Positions 28,811 to 41,128 of a stretch of DNA of 64,000 bases are shown piece by piece. Below the pieces are notes generated by a model that worked only from the letters and a program-made list of their open reading frames with translations, was not told the origin of the DNA and searched no databases. The position numbers and the translations under genes are program-made. Location: the NCBI GenBank assembly GCA_951406725.2, contig OX597815.1, forward strand, positions 150,102,001-150,166,000, given 5' to 3'. The DNA comes from Octopus vulgaris. Taxonomy: Eukaryota. The stretch's first letter is position 1. Each line of letters starts with the position of its first letter.

Positions 28811-30579
28811 CGTAAGAGAAGCGAACGAAGTTGTCTCCCAACACAAAATTGCAGACATAACCTTCACTCCCACTGACATCGTAGCAGCAATAAATGAGGT
28901 CAAATACTACTCTGCTGTAGGCCCTGAGAGATTCCCCGCTAGTCTCCTGAAGGAATGTAAACACCAACTTACAGTCCCACTGACCAACCTCTGGAGAAAT
29001 TCGTTAGATGCAGGTTATATACCAAAACAGTTTCTATCCCAGTCAGTCATCCCGGTTTTCAAACAGGGAAACAGATCCCTCGCACTCAACTATCGCCCAA
29101 TCTCACTTACCTCCCACATCATCAAAGTGTTTGAAAGAGTGTTAAGATCGAGGACGGCTGACTTCCTGGAGACCCAGAAACTCCTAAATGCAAATCAGCA
29201 TGGCTTTCGCTGTGGCAGGAACTGTCTAACACAGCTCTTACACCACATTGAAGATGTACTCAAAGCATTGGGAACAGGTTCGAACTCTGATGTTATATAT
29301 CTTGACTTCAGTAAAGCGTTCGACAGGGTAGACCATAATATCCTACTCTCAAAATTGGCAAATGTTGGAATCCGTGGAAAAGTATTTCCTGGCGAATAGA
29401 ACACAACATGTTGTAGTTGATGGAGTCCACTCAAGCCCAGCAAAAGTCACCAGCGGTGTCCCCCAGGGGACTGTCTTGGGTCCGTTACTCTTCATAATCT
29501 ACATAAACGACCTTTCCAGTGTCGTACATTACGGCAAAGTGAAAATATTTGCTGATGACACCAAGCTCCAGCAAATCGTCAAAGAAGAAGCAGACCGAAC
29601 TCAACTCCAGTCTGATCTATATGCTGTGAGTCAATGGGCAGACAGAAACAAAATGCAACTGAACGAGGGAAAATTTGAGCTGATGCATTTTGGAAGAAAC
29701 TCCTCACTAAAACAGCCATACTCTCTTCCTTCAGGGGAACCGCTCACAGCCTCTAACAATATCAGAGACCTGGGTGTAATTGTTGATGACGATCTCAGTT
29801 AGAGTGCACACATCAACAAGAAGGTCGATATAGCTCGTAGGATGAGTTCCTGGATCTTAAGAACTTTCCGGTCCAGAGAACAAGGTGTCATCATACCACT
29901 TTATTCCTCCTTTGTAGGCCACACCTTGAATACTGCTGCCCACTGTGGTCTCCTCACACAAGACAAAACATCTCCAGAAGTGAGTCACCCCAGAGGGCAC
30001 TCACTAAACGAATTGAAGGCATGGCTGCTCTCGATTATTAGGATCGCCTTAAAGCCTTGAAACTTTACTCCCTCCAGCGTCGCCGTGAGCGGTACATCAT
30101 TTGTACGATGTGGAAAATATACCGCCAACTATGCCCAAACGACCTAAACATTAGCTTCAAGGTTCATCCAAGACTTGGACCACGGGCTATACGTCCCCTG
30201 CCCAATTCAAGATCACAACATACATGTACACTACAACATAATTTCTTTTCCTCAACAGGTCCTGCCCTATTTAACATTGTCCCGGGAGAGATCAAAGAGG
30301 AAAAGGATCCCATCAACTTTAAACAGAGTATGGATAGATTCCTTCAAAGAATACCAGATAAGCCACCCATAATTGGATACAACTCACCCAACAAGAACTC
30401 ACTACTTGAACAAACTGGATACAACTCACCCAACAAGAACTCACTACTTGAACAAAACTTGACTTAAACAAAACTTGACTTAAACAGGATTCGAATAATC
30501 CTATCAGGTGGTGCTCTTAAGTTAGACATGGCCTGGACCAATCTTTGGTCGAAACATATCTAAGTTTATCTAAGTTTAT
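28811..30579 (+). mobile_element. CR1-clade LINE, 5'-truncated, RT pseudogene
   Basis: NYRPISLTS, QHGFR, IYLDFSKAFDRVDH, SGVPQGTVLGPLLF, FADDTKL and LYSLQRRRERY, with frameshifts and stops. Tail repeats TATCTAAGTT. Confidence 0.9.
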
Positions 30580-30596
30580 ACATATATATATACATA

Positions 30597-30641
<45 letters not shown>

Positions 30642-30734
30642 TATATATACATATATATAGATACATATGCGAACTTTTATAAGGAATATATATATATACA
30701 TCTATATGTGTGTGTATATATATATATATATATA

Positions 30735-30899
30735 GGCGCAGGAGTGGCTGTGTGGTAAGTAGCTTGTTTACCAACCACATGGTTCCGGGTTCAATCCCAC
30801 TGCGTGGCACCTTGGGCAAGTGTCTTCTACTATAGCCTCGGGCCGACCAAAGCCGTGTGAGTGGATTTGGTAGACGGAAACTGAAAGAAGCCCGTCGTA

Positions 30900-30937
<38 letters not shown>

Positions 30938-31157
30938 TGTGTGTGTTTGTGTTTGTCCCCCTAGCATTGCTTGACAACCAATGCTGGTGTGTTCATGTCC
31001 CCGTTACTTAGCGGTTCGGCAAAAGAGACCGATAGAATAAGTACTGGGCTTACAAAAGAATAAGTCCCGGGGTCGAGTTGCTCGATTAAAGGTGGTGCTC
31101 CAGCATGGCCGCAGTCAAATGACTGAAACTAGTAAAAGAGTAAAAGAGAGTAAAGAG
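30735..31157 (+). mobile_element. SINE family 1, well-preserved full-length copy
   Basis: GGCGCAGGAGTGGCTGTGTGGTAAG..GGTTCAATCCC..CCTTGGGCAAGTG..GACTGAAACTAGTAAAAGAG(TAAAAGAG)n. Confidence 0.9.
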
Positions 31158-31194
<37 letters not shown>

Positions 31195-31902
31195 ATACAC
31201 ATACATATATATATATACTTATGTTTGAGAGTGTGTGTGTGTGTTTGTGTATAACTTCACATACGTATGTACTTTATAGAGAACTACTTAAGAAAATGCA
31301 AACCATTGGTGGGTGATTTTTAAGCAACCATTAACACTTTTATTTACATACTTCGCATGAAAAGACAATGTGAATTCGTCTTTTGGAAAATGCGCAAAGC
31401 TGATTATATCTGCCGCCAAGATGAACAGGACAGGATGAGACTAGATTAGATTTTTCATTATGTAATCAATAATTGTGTTTATGCATGTATACATCAAAAG
31501 TAAAAGAATACAAACTTTGAGAAACATGCATCAGGCAGAGATAAAAACGGTGAAGATTAAATATTCATAGTTGACAAGAGAACTTACGTATTAAAACTAG
31601 GTTATCAATACAATTGTGTTTTCCATTTGAATAATTCGTTCAAATTTTAGAGGATCAAATACGGAATACGAATAGTTTTCTTTCATTTGTTTTTTTTTTT
31701 TTTGATATCTTGTAGAAATGCGTGTTAAATATTCGTAAAAAATACTAGGTATTTATAATTGCAGTGAATTACGTACAAATTATTCCTTGTTACTTGATAT
31801 GTATTTTGTAGTTGAAATTGATGATGGTGGTGGTGTTGGTTGTGGTCACACCGACAAGGATGACGGTGACGATAACGACGCTGTTTCTGCTGCCGCAGAT
31901 GG

Positions 31903-31985
<83 letters not shown>
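31903..31985. repeat. (GAT)n microsatellite
   Basis: Read directly from the sequence. Confidence 0.95.
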
Positions 31986-32399
31986 GCCATCACAGTCGAT
32001 AAAAAATGACGTTCCAGCCTAGCGTTAGCGCAGCCCTCTTTATAACCACCAACTCCTCGTATCATATTCTGAATGGCTCCTGAGTGAATCATAAGAAGGC
32101 TGACCGTTGCCTGTGCAGTGTACGACTCCACAGGACAAGCATCTAAAGTAATTTACGAATGCATAGTTCGCGGTCCGAACTCACACTTGCTGCTGATGTG
32201 GCGACCGTTGCTTAGTGCGAATCGTGCCGACCCGTCTACCTATGTTAGTAAATGCAGGTTTTTCTTCTGAATTAAAAAATCTAAAGAATATTCGCGAAGG
32301 TTCATGCTAGAGATCTGTTCTGTATTTTTAACTTACCTTTGCAACATACTCGATTTTGTTTATGGATTTGTCTGCTCCTATTTATCGTGCGATTGAAGG

Positions 32400-32800
32400 G
32401 TCTAGTCAATACCATAAACACCAGTACTTGTGTAGGTCAGTATTTTATCGACCCTGCAAGAATGAATGGAAAAACAGGTTTCGATGACATTTGAAACCAG
32501 AACGTAATGTGTTGGAGATGGTACAATGCATTTTGTCGGACGCGTCAACGATTTTTTCTTGCTCGACATCTTAAACCAGCAAATAATAAATATTTCTGAT
32601 TTCAGCACAAGGCCAGCAATTTTAGTGGAGGTGTAAGTCGATTACATCGATTCTAATACTCAGCTGGTACTTATTTTATTGATGCCGAATGATGAAGAGC
32701 AAAGACGATTTCGGCAGAATTTGATGTCACAGCATAAATACGGAGGAAGCACCACTAAATATTTTGTCCGAAGTTCTAACGATTTTAACAGCTCGTAACC
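32400..32800 (-). mobile_element. Two adjacent SINE family 2 copies
   Basis: TATTTTATCGACCC..GAATGAA at ~32440 and GTCGATTACATCGA..CTGGTACTTATTTTATTGA at ~32637. Confidence 0.6.
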
Positions 32801-33183
32801 TTAAACCACCTACTAATAATAAAAACAATAATTTGAAAATTATAAATGGAAGTTTATAAATTAAAAGGAAGGAAAACTAATGTGAAATCAAAAGGACATG
32901 AAACACCAAAGCACGATGAGACAGGAACTATGTGAAGGTTGCTATTCACTTATCTATTTATTTGACGAATCTGTATGAAGAAGCTGAGAATGTAATCCTT
33001 GCAAAATTTCTGATGAGTGAGTCAGTAAATGTTCCGCTTGATCTGTTGCAGGTTAATTCTTGCAGGAAAGGCTCTAGCGAGGCGATTCCAGTGGCACGAG
33101 ATTGAAGGATTAGTGACAAGCGTTACTGAAGAGGAAATGTTACTGAGAGGCGAATATAAGACCACGTCGGGAGACGAGAGGTA

Positions 33184-34261
33184 GATGTGATATATCTTGA
33201 CTTCAGAATAGCGTTCAACAGGGTTAATCATAATATCTTACTCTCAAAAGTGGCAAATGTTGCAATCCGTAGAAAAGTTCTACACTGGATTGAGTATTTC
33301 CTGGCGAATAAAACACAACATGTTGTGATCGATGGAGTCCACTCAAGCTCAGCAAAACTCATCAGTTGTGTACTTCAGGGAATTGTCTTGGGCCCGCTTG
33401 TCTTTATAATCTATATAAACGACGTTTCCAGCGCCGTAAAAAAATTAATCAGTGAAGAAGAAGACCAAACTCAACTCCAGTCTCATCTATATGCGGTAAG
33501 TCAATGGACAGACAAAAACAAAATGTAATTAAACGAAGGAAAATTTGAGCCGATGCATTTTGGAAGAAAGACTATACTTAAACATCCATGCTCTCTTCCT
33601 TCAGGGAAACAGCTCACAACATCTAATGATAGCAGGGACCTAGGAGTAATTGTTGACAACAATCTCAGATGAGTGCCCACATCAACAAAAAGGTCGATAT
33701 AGCTCGTACGATAAGCTCCTGGATTTTAAGAATCTTCTCGTCCAGAGAACAAGGTGTCATCATTCCACTTTTCTCCTCTTTTGTACGACCACACCTCGAA
33801 TACTGCTGCCCCCTGCACTCTCCCCATACAAAACAAAGCATGTGCACGATGTGGAGAATATACCCTCAGCATTGCCTAAACGACCTGAACATTAGCTTCA
33901 AGGTTCATCCAAGGCTGGGTACACGGGCCATACGTCCCCTGCTCAATTCAGGATCACAATATATAGTTACACTGTGACACATTTTCTTTTGCTCAACAGG
34001 CGCTGCCCTGTTTAACATTGTCCCAAAACTGATCAAAGAGTAAAAGGATCCCATCAACCTTAAACGGTGTCTAGACAAAATATTCAAGACAGGCCACCGT
34101 ACCTGGATACAACTCAATAAACAAGAACTCCCTACATGAATGCTCCAAGATAACACAAAACTTGACTATAAAAGGACTTAGATAATCCTATCAGGTGGTG
34201 CTATTAAGTTAGACATGGCCGGGACCAATTTTGGGAGGAAACATATCTAAATTTATCTAAA

Positions 34262-34262
<1 letters not shown>
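33184..34262 (+). mobile_element. CR1-clade LINE, 5'-truncated and internally deleted copy
   Basis: IYLDF..AFNRV, VLQGIVLGPL and VRPHLEYC are colinear with 29290-30579. Same tail TATCAGGTGGTGCTATTAAGTTAGACATGGCC. Confidence 0.85.
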
Positions 34263-34308
<46 letters not shown>

Positions 34309-34642
34309 ATCTGGTGTAAGTTCTTCACGATGGTGTCTCATTGAAATGTCTAGAAATGACGGTAAAATAGACGATATATCAATTTAAGAAAATAATTGAA
34401 TTGTAAATTATAAATTACAAACAATTAAAAGTAATAAAATAATTGACTAATGCATAAACTGGTTTATAATTGAGAAGTTTATTACATTTATCGAATACGT
34501 TACAGAGTTTTGGGGTGACTGAATCTGATTCTAAATATATACATACGTATTTATATACACACACACATATATATATTTATATATATATATATATTAATCT
34601 AGTTTCAGCTCACAAGCTGTGGCCATGCTGGGACCCCACCGC

Positions 34643-34695
<53 letters not shown>

Positions 34696-34868
34696 TATGT
34701 ATATATAAATGTATAACTATATATACATACATATATATATATGTATATACATATGTATATATACACATATATACATATGTATATATATACATATAACATA
34801 TATATGTATAGATATATATATATAATAGTATATATATATATACATATATGCATATATATGTATGTATG

Positions 34869-34900
<32 letters not shown>

Positions 34901-35603
34901 CATGTATATATATGAAACAAAAGAAACGTTTTCGAAATTTGGATAATTTTGCTAGACTGGTTTTAGTAATCTGTAAACATGTAAGTGTGTGATAATTATC
35001 CCCCTGAGTACGATACATTACAGTGAAATATCTATCTGTAAAGAAATAAATAGCTTCCACTACAGGGGTTATGACATAAAAATTATAAACGTCATTGGAC
35101 CACTAACTCTATGTGTATTCACTTCATTTCACAATTAAAGGTTAATATTTTGTTCGTTTATTACTATGCGTGCGTGTATATATAAATACATATGTGTGTA
35201 TATATGTATGTATGTGTATGTGTATATACATATATATCTCAGCGTATATGTACGTGTGTGTATTTATATATTTATATATGTATGTGTATATATATGTATG
35301 TGCGCGTATACGTAGGCAGGTATATATGTGTGTGTGTGTGTGCCTGCGTGTGTGTATATAATGTGTGTGCATGTATATATATACATACATATATGTGTAT
35401 ATATATATGTGTGTGTGTGTGTGCTTGTGGGTATATATATTTAAATATATATATATATATATATACATATACATGTGTGTGTATATGTATACTTATACAC
35501 ACAGAGAGTGAAAGAAAAAGAGCGAAAGAGAAAAAGATAGATAGATATATAGATAGATAGATAGATAGACAAGGATAACGTACACACACATGTATACATA
35601 TAA

Positions 35604-35665
<62 letters not shown>

Positions 35666-37186
35666 TCAAGTAATGTATGTTAGTACATATATGTCTATGA
35701 CAGTTCAATTCTGTATCAAATGTTTGCTTATAAATAATTGCGAAATTGTCTTTGTCTCTTTGTACGAATCTTATCCCGTTTGTATTAAGGTGTGTCTGTT
35801 TGTGGGGTTGTGAGTATCTTCCTGCATTCGTGTATAGTCAGTTTTGTTTTGCTTTTTGGTTTTTTTTATATATGTTTGTGCTGCTTTATTTCAAAGTTTT
35901 CCTGCTCAAAACTTACATCCCTTCTTAAATCCCCGCTGGAAATTTATTTATTCCACTTGATGACGTTTCACATTAGCTTCAGCTATTATTACGTTCCACC
36001 GCACCACCCTCTTCACTGCCTTCTACATTACATTTCTATCACAAATTTTCCTCTATACTTACAACACTTTATCAACAGCGCATATTCTTCAATATTATTT
36101 TTCAGATTCTTATTTCGTTCTCACCGATCCCATCAACAGCTTCAAAATTTCCTCGCTCCGATGAAAGGCAGCATCTTGTGGAATGCTTGAAATATGTCAA
36201 TCCCACTGGCACTGGCTTTTCTGGGTTTTAAGAAGTTATGGTGGAACACTTCCAGCAGTACACCACCAAACAGTCACTATAAAATTCTTTTTGAAGAGCT
36301 CGGGTTTAAGGATGGTTTATTTAATAAGGTGCTTTATTTTGGAACAACCACAGCGAAGAACGTATTTTTTATTATTGTACACATTCCACTTTTCATCGCA
36401 AGTTACAATAAAAAGCACTTTAATAAATACAAAATATATATTTTACAAAATAAATCATCTTAATAAATAAACCATCTTGCATTATTAGACAGACAATTTC
36501 AGATTTAAAAATATTTTTTTTTAGTTCAAAACTCTGCAAAAATCCGGTACAAATTGTTTACTTTTTACTCAACCTGATATACATGTTATAAGTATATGTG
36601 ATCGTGTGATGCCTTTAGTGAACCTAATAGATGCAGGAACTCGAAGTCGGTACCGCGTGTGATAGTGATTTAGTCAAATCTAAAACAGTATTTGATGAAT
36701 ATTACCTCCAGTTACTTTATGATTTTTATGGAATGAAAACAACTTGAGAAGAGTAGCTTCTTCGAGTTCTACTGTTAATTCTGCCATGTTGTTGCAAATG
36801 GCGCAGGACTGCCTGTTTGGTAAGAAGCTTGAATCCCAACTACATGGTTCTCAGTCGAATTCCGATCTGTGGTCTGCTCAGGTATGTAACCCGCTGTGCG
36901 GCTCCTCAGGTGTGTATCAGGCCAGCCAATGCATTCTGAGTGGATTTGATAGACGAAATGTGAAACAAGCCCATAGTACATATATTAATTTTTTAGTTTA
37001 TATATATACTAGCATTAAAGACCCTTCGTTGATGGGTCATAGTGCTAGTGCATGTATAAATGTGTATATATATGTGTAAATATTACATGTACATCTATAT
37101 ATATACATCTACACATAGAATACAAAATACAAAGTTATATCTTGATATCGCTAGTGATAACAATACTTAAAATATATAACAAACTG

Positions 37187-37476
37187 GAATTGTTAGCCCG
37201 TCTCTTGTAATTTCGATCAATTGTATCTTGTCCTCCCTCTTGTATAGAAGTGTGGCTTCAATCCAGCCTACCTCTACTTCTGGGGCGGCATTTAACTTTT
37301 TTTCCGGGACGGCCTACGTCCCAGATATAAAGGTAAAAATAAAATATTTCCACTTTGCAAGTTCGAGTCGAGTACTCCCTTGCACGCTCCGTTGACTATT
37401 ATGGCGAATTTACCGCCTCTGATTAGATATCTTTCATAGTCGCACCAATATTATTTTGGAAGGTGCTTTCCTCCAT
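37187..37476 (-). pseudogene. Decayed Tx1-type ORF1 fragment, directly next to the LINE tail
   Basis: Hand translation across frameshifts gives YLIRGGKFAII / NILFLPLYLGRRPSRK / APEVEVGWIEATLLYKREDKIQLIEI. These match YINRGKKYGTV / DIVLLPLYKGKRTSKI / PPNVEAEWIVAAVISGHEDEVDIL in the array ORF1s. Confidence 0.65.
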
Positions 37477-37724
37477 GTTGTTTTATTATTACCCACAAGG
37501 GGCGAACACAGATGGGACAATACATTCTGATGATGGGGTCAGACAAACGAATGGGTTTTTACAATAAATCGGGTTTAAAAATTTTCATGAATAACAATAA
37601 ATGGACAGAAATCGAGTGATAGGACAGACCGGAAGACATTACGGGTGGAGTGGGTGCGGGTTTAGCTCGGACCCCACGAGCCCCGCCTCCCCACTGATAC
37701 TTTTGGTTGCACTTGGTATTACAT

Positions 37725-40700
37725 TTATGTTGTAACTTTCATTCGCAACTTCCGTGCTACATCCTTCCATCGTTCTTCATACGCTCTCCTAGTCAGGCAT
37801 ATTCTCTCCAGCCCTATCTTCCTTTTCAGGTGAAAGATGAAATAATTCATCAAACCAGGGCCGGAGATGAACTTGCCTGACTGTAAACCTTTCATTCTCG
37901 TCTTCCATATCACCTCTTTCGCGATTGCTACTACAACGAGAAAACGAAACTTACCTTCATTCACGAGGAAATCCGGTGGGTCAATTTTTGTAATCGACTC
38001 AGTCGACAGCTGTACTCTTCGTGTACCTGACAACAGGTGTTCGGCATAAACCCACACCTCAGACACGTCCGGACAATGAACAATCGCGTGCGGGACGGTT
38101 TCCCTATCCCGCCCGCATCTTGGACATATCGGACTGTCTTGGCCACCGTGCCTTGCGAGTTTATCCCGAACAGGTAGAGCTCCTCTGTAGCATTGCCATG
38201 CCAGAGACTTCTGGAAGTTGTCCAGTGTCCTTGGCTCGAACGTACGTCGGAACAGACTGGCCAGCTGGTTATCGTCGAGACCTAGGGTTTCCCCCAAGGT
38301 ATCTTCACATTCCGCCTCTACCAACCCTCTATAGAAGAAAGTGGTGGAACCCCCACCGCAGGCGTTGCCCGAGCGACGGAATAGCAGGAGAGCCTTGCGA
38401 CACTCCGTGTACCAAGTACCAAGTTTCGATCTACGATTCAGCCAGGTTTCCCATCCACCGAAACTAGTGAACTTGGGAAACATCAGTTTTGCTAGCGAAG
38501 ACCACACCCGTTCACCATCCAGGTAGAGCCACAGATGTCTTAACCTCAGCGCATGTCTGCGCATCATCAGCCAAGGCATCCCTAGCCCACCCTTTAACGG
38601 TTGTTGACAGCAAGTAGAGCGTTTCACAAGTGGTTTCCCGCCCTTCCACAAGAAGTAGAAGAGCTGTCTTTCCAACTTGATCAACCACGAATCAGGGCAA
38701 GGAACGACGGAAAGGCGGTAGGTGATAACCGATGCGATAAACACATTGGCCACCTCCGCCCTCCCTTTCAGGGATAGCCACCGCCAAGACCAGGTCTTGG
38801 CTACTGCAGCCACCTTGCTCGTTACCTCGCCCCAATTCTTCTCTATTTGGAGGTCTGGACCGAACCAGACCCCTAGCAGTTTAATCGGACCCTCCGTCCA
38901 ACGTCCCACGACGCTGTCAGGAGGCATCGACTTGCCTCTCCAGGTGCCGAGTTGCAAGCCGACTGACTTTTCGCGATTAACTTTTGCTCCTGTCACCGTC
39001 TCGTACACCTCTATGGCCTTGCCTACTTTACATAGGTGGTCCATTTCGGTTACGATGATGGTGATGTCATCCGCGTACGCTGACACTGATTTTCCATTAC
39101 CTGGCTGTCTCGGGATGCCGCTCAGTTTTCGCAGTAATGGCTCAAGAGCCATCACGTACAAAAGCGGGGAGAGCGGACACCCTTGACGAACCGAGCGTTT
39201 GATTTTGAACGGCTTCGACAAGAAGCCGTTCACCCGAACTACCGAGTCGATGTTATCATAAATTTCGATAATCCACCTGAGGAATCCAAGGCTCAGCCCG
39301 AACTGTGCCAGGGCAGATACCAGGTAACGATGGTCGACCCTATCAAAAGCTTTAGATTGGTCTAAATGGACCAGTGCCCCACCCTTGCCAGAATCACTAT
39401 TAAACCCCTCTATAGTGTACCGCATTAGATGGAGATTATCCTGAATGGATCTGCCCGGAACGGCACATGTCTGTGCCCCTCCGATCAGACCATCCGCGAC
39501 ACGCGCCAATCTTTTCGATAGCACTTTGGCCAAAATCTTCAACTCTGTGTTTAGCAGAGTGATGGGCCTGAAATTATCAATGCACTCCCCTTGCTCGGGT
39601 CCTTTCTGACGAGAGTCACTACTCCCCGGCGCACAGATCTGGGTATAAGCCCGTTCTGCTGCCAGTTCGCGTAGACCTCCGCCAGTAGGTGCCCGAACAA
39701 GTCTGGCATACTCTTATATAACTCATAGGGTAGACCATCCAAACCCGGCGCCTTGCCCGCGCCGCAGTCCGCCATTGCCTCAACCACCTCCTCAGGCGTG
39801 ATTGGCCCTTCACAGCCCTCCGCATCTCGCCCCGATAAGCGCGGCAGACCGTCGAGTAGGTCCGTAAAGGCCCTCCTCCTATCCAGTCCGCCGCACTCAC
39901 CGAAAAGCTGAGCGAAGTGCTCCTGAAAGGCCTCACACATCTCCTCGGGTTCGTTTATCAACTCACCTTGTTGGTTCGTCAAAGATCGAATCGTGGCATC
40001 GTTACCATGCTGAGCTTCCACCACTCGGGCCCATCTCACGGCGTTGATTCCTTCACATCCCATATGACGGATTCTAGCCCTGACAATGCAGCCCATGTGT
40101 TTGGCCTCGAGGTGCTGGTTTAACACCAGTCTCTTGGCCGCCACCTGAGCCGCAGAGCCAGTTTTCATGGCTTCCTCTAATTCCTTAACTAGAGTAGTTT
40201 CCCTTCTAGCCTCTCTAGCCACTACTCCTATGCTATATCTAATAGACTCAAACTTGATGGCTCGTTTGAGGGCGTACCACCATTTGTTATTAATGATGGT
40301 ACCAGATAGTGCCCTCTGAATTATATCCCTAATCCGGTCTTTGTACTCCTTAATCGCCAAAAGGGACGTATTAAGTTTCCAGTAACCGGATCCTCTATTT
40401 TTAACCTTATCTATTTCAAGCTTACAAGTGACCATTTTATGATCACTGTAGCTGATCGGGTAAAACTGTGGACACTTAGCTATTTTACTGTCTACTTTTC
40501 TAATTAGTATTCTATCTAGATACGACCTGGAAGATCCGTCGCTGTTTGACCATGTCCACAATGGAGCGTTCGGAAATTCCAGCCTATAAGGATCTGCTAG
40601 CTCAAAGCGGCTTAGCAGTTCCATGAAGCCACTGTTGCCTTTTCTATCTGGACACGAGCCAACATAATCTACATCCGCTTTGCAAATTGTGTTAAAGTCT

Positions 40701-41119
40701 CCTAGCACCACTAATGAATGCGAAGTACCAAGAAAGTTTTCTAGTTCACGAAAATAATCACTTTGCCCTGTATGGTTGGGTGCGTAAATTGCAACCAGTC
40801 TGATAACTTTACCATTACTGAACGTCAAATCCATGACGACCAGCCTACCTTCTGGATCTGCAAAAATTAACTTTTTCTCAGAAACCCGGTTTCTTTTTAA
40901 TAGGACCAACACCCCACTCCCGCCTGTAGGACTGCCAGGAGAGAAAAAACTCTCGTAGCCGTCAAACAGCGGGAGTAGACCTCTTGGCCCCTCTAGCCGG
41001 GTTTCTGTAGCAACAATAACATCTAAATTACGCGACCTGATATCATGCAGGAAGCGACCTTGCTTCCAGCCTGCTCCCAGGCCGCGCACATTTAAACAAC
41101 CAACATAAATGTAATCCAT
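37725..41119 (-). CDS. Tx1 ORF2: APE endonuclease + reverse transcriptase + C-terminal zinc finger (one -1 frameshift at ~39587-39590)
   Basis: APE: LNVRG, ETRL, YAPN, GDFN, LDRI, SDH. RT: KAPGLDG, DQSKAFDRVDH, RQGCPLSP, YADD. Zinc finger: CPRC..ETVPHAIVHC. Adding one G to a G-run restores KGECIDNFRPITLLNTELKIL (about 1131 aa). Confidence 0.92.
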
Positions 41120-41128
41120 TACTTACCT

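Noticed and set aside
30735-30805. tRNA gene
   Set aside because: The A/B boxes belong to a SINE head continuous with the SINE body. No complete cloverleaf or terminator.
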